Shown piece after piece: positions 62,884-64,000 of a DNA stretch of 64,000 bases. Every line of letters begins with the position of its first letter. Position 1 is the stretch's first letter. A program made the translations under genes and the position numbers. The stretch is from positions 5,344,001-5,408,000 of the forward strand of contig OY760175.1 in the NCBI GenBank assembly GCA_963663165.1, written 5' to 3'. This DNA comes from an uncultured Desulfospira sp. (GTDB lineage Bacteria; Desulfobacterota; Desulfobacteria; Desulfobacterales; Desulfobacteraceae). The notes beneath the pieces are model-generated. The model saw only the letters and a program-made list of their open reading frames with translations. It ran no database searches and was not told the origin of the DNA.

Positions 62884-63904
62884 AGTGTCCGGTTAGGTTC
62901 TTGCATATAAAAACCCATTAAATTTATTGAAAATTTTTTATTTTTTCTATTGACAAATGTGCGCAAAAATTTTTGCGCGCCTTGAAAATTTTTCTTTCAA
63001 GGAGGCCAATATGGCGCACATTTCAGTCCCGAAAAAACCAATACAGTCCCTGAATTTTGACAATTTCTTCTTTCCTTTGATAAAGTTGCATCCCATGGCA
63101 CCAGAATTAAAATCACGAGGTGATCGGCCTCTGAAAATGACATTTGAAGACCAGCTAAAAGCGTTGGTATATTTTCATCTTCAAGAACACAAATCTGCTC
63201 GACACCTGATCCAGGATCTCAAAGAGAATGTTTTTGCTAAAGAGTATATTGCTCCAGATGGTGGTATCAGCCGTAGCAGTTTTTCTGAGGCGATAAATCA
63301 CCGGGGTCTTGAACAGCTGCAATTCCTTTTTGAAAATCTTTATAAACAAGCCCGCAAGGTGCTCCCCAAAGAACATGCGCAATTGGGAGAGTTAGTTTCC
63401 ATCGACGGCAGTTTAATTGATGCGGTTTTATCAATGCACTGGGCTGATTACAGAAAAGGAGCTAAGAAAGCAAAAGCGCATTGTGGGTTTGATATCAACC
63501 ATGGCATCCCAAGCAAAATATTCCTTACAGATGGCAACGGTGGAGAGCGTCCTTTTGTAATGCGTATCCTTTCCAAGGGGCAAACCGGTGTGATGGATCG
63601 AGGGTATCAATCGCATAAAGACTTTGATCTGCTTCAGGAAGAAGGCAAACATTTTGTTTGTCGTATTAAAAGCAAAACAACCCGAACCGTAATCGAAAAG
63701 CATGCGGTAAACCCTGACAGCCATATTTTTTATGATGCATTGGTCCTGCTTGGTACTCCTAATCAGAATCAGACCGTCAAACCTGTTCGAGTTGTCGGTT
63801 ATGAAATTGCAGGGGTCAAATACTATGTGGCCACTGATCGACATGATTTAACAGCAGAACAGATAGCCAGTGTGTATAAACTCAGATGGACTATTGAAAA
63901 TTTT
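62884..63904 (+). mobile_element. IS4-family element, 3'-truncated (transposase from 63011)
   Basis: IDGS, MDRGY, YKLRWTIENF; similarity appears to stop right after the YREK-type motif. Confidence 0.8.
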
Positions 63905-64000
63905 CTGATTATAACGGATTTAGGGGAACAGAGGCCAAAACCGCTCTAATCATTGGAAGGGGGTAAAAAACTTTTTCGTAACCCATTGAAATCAAAGGGA

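Noticed and set aside
63905..64000. Start of another IS truncating the IS4 transposase
   Set aside because: Plausible, but the second end and ORF lie outside the window, so it cannot be supported

Overview
This window looks like chromosomal DNA from a sulfate-reducing deltaproteobacterium (Desulfobacteraceae-like, inferred from gene content). About 1-41 kb is core/metabolic. It contains the end of a radical SAM/SPASM gene plus a HEAT-repeat membrane protein with an HxD-repeat tail; a Liv-type ABC transporter and PaaK-like operon behind a Phe-rich leader-peptide attenuator; a deletion scar; Lrp, MCP, methyltransferase, GGDEF and stand-alone dnaK genes; a rhodanese / 11-heme cytochrome / FdhD-like module; a hybrid kinase with an HD-GYP regulator; nth, TauE, MBL and DHH genes; and a complete nifH-I1-I2-D-K-E-N-B-fdx-V cluster with a sigma54 promoter. 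About 41-64 kb is accessory: toxin/defence relics, an SNF2/YqhG-like pair, nested and rearranged IS elements (ISKra4-like, IS91, IS1634, an extended IS21 carrying ParB, ISNCY/IS5-like, IS4, a MITE), and a low-GC secreted-protein island. Top signals: (1) two ORFs joined by an in-frame UGA with a SECIS-like hairpin, predicting an undecaheme selenocytochrome c next to sulfurtransferases; (2) a complete Phe-sensing attenuator on an aryl-acid uptake/activation operon; (3) a secreted 3D-domain gene that can be rebuilt after removing two insertions. All family calls come from motif recognition only; no searches were run.
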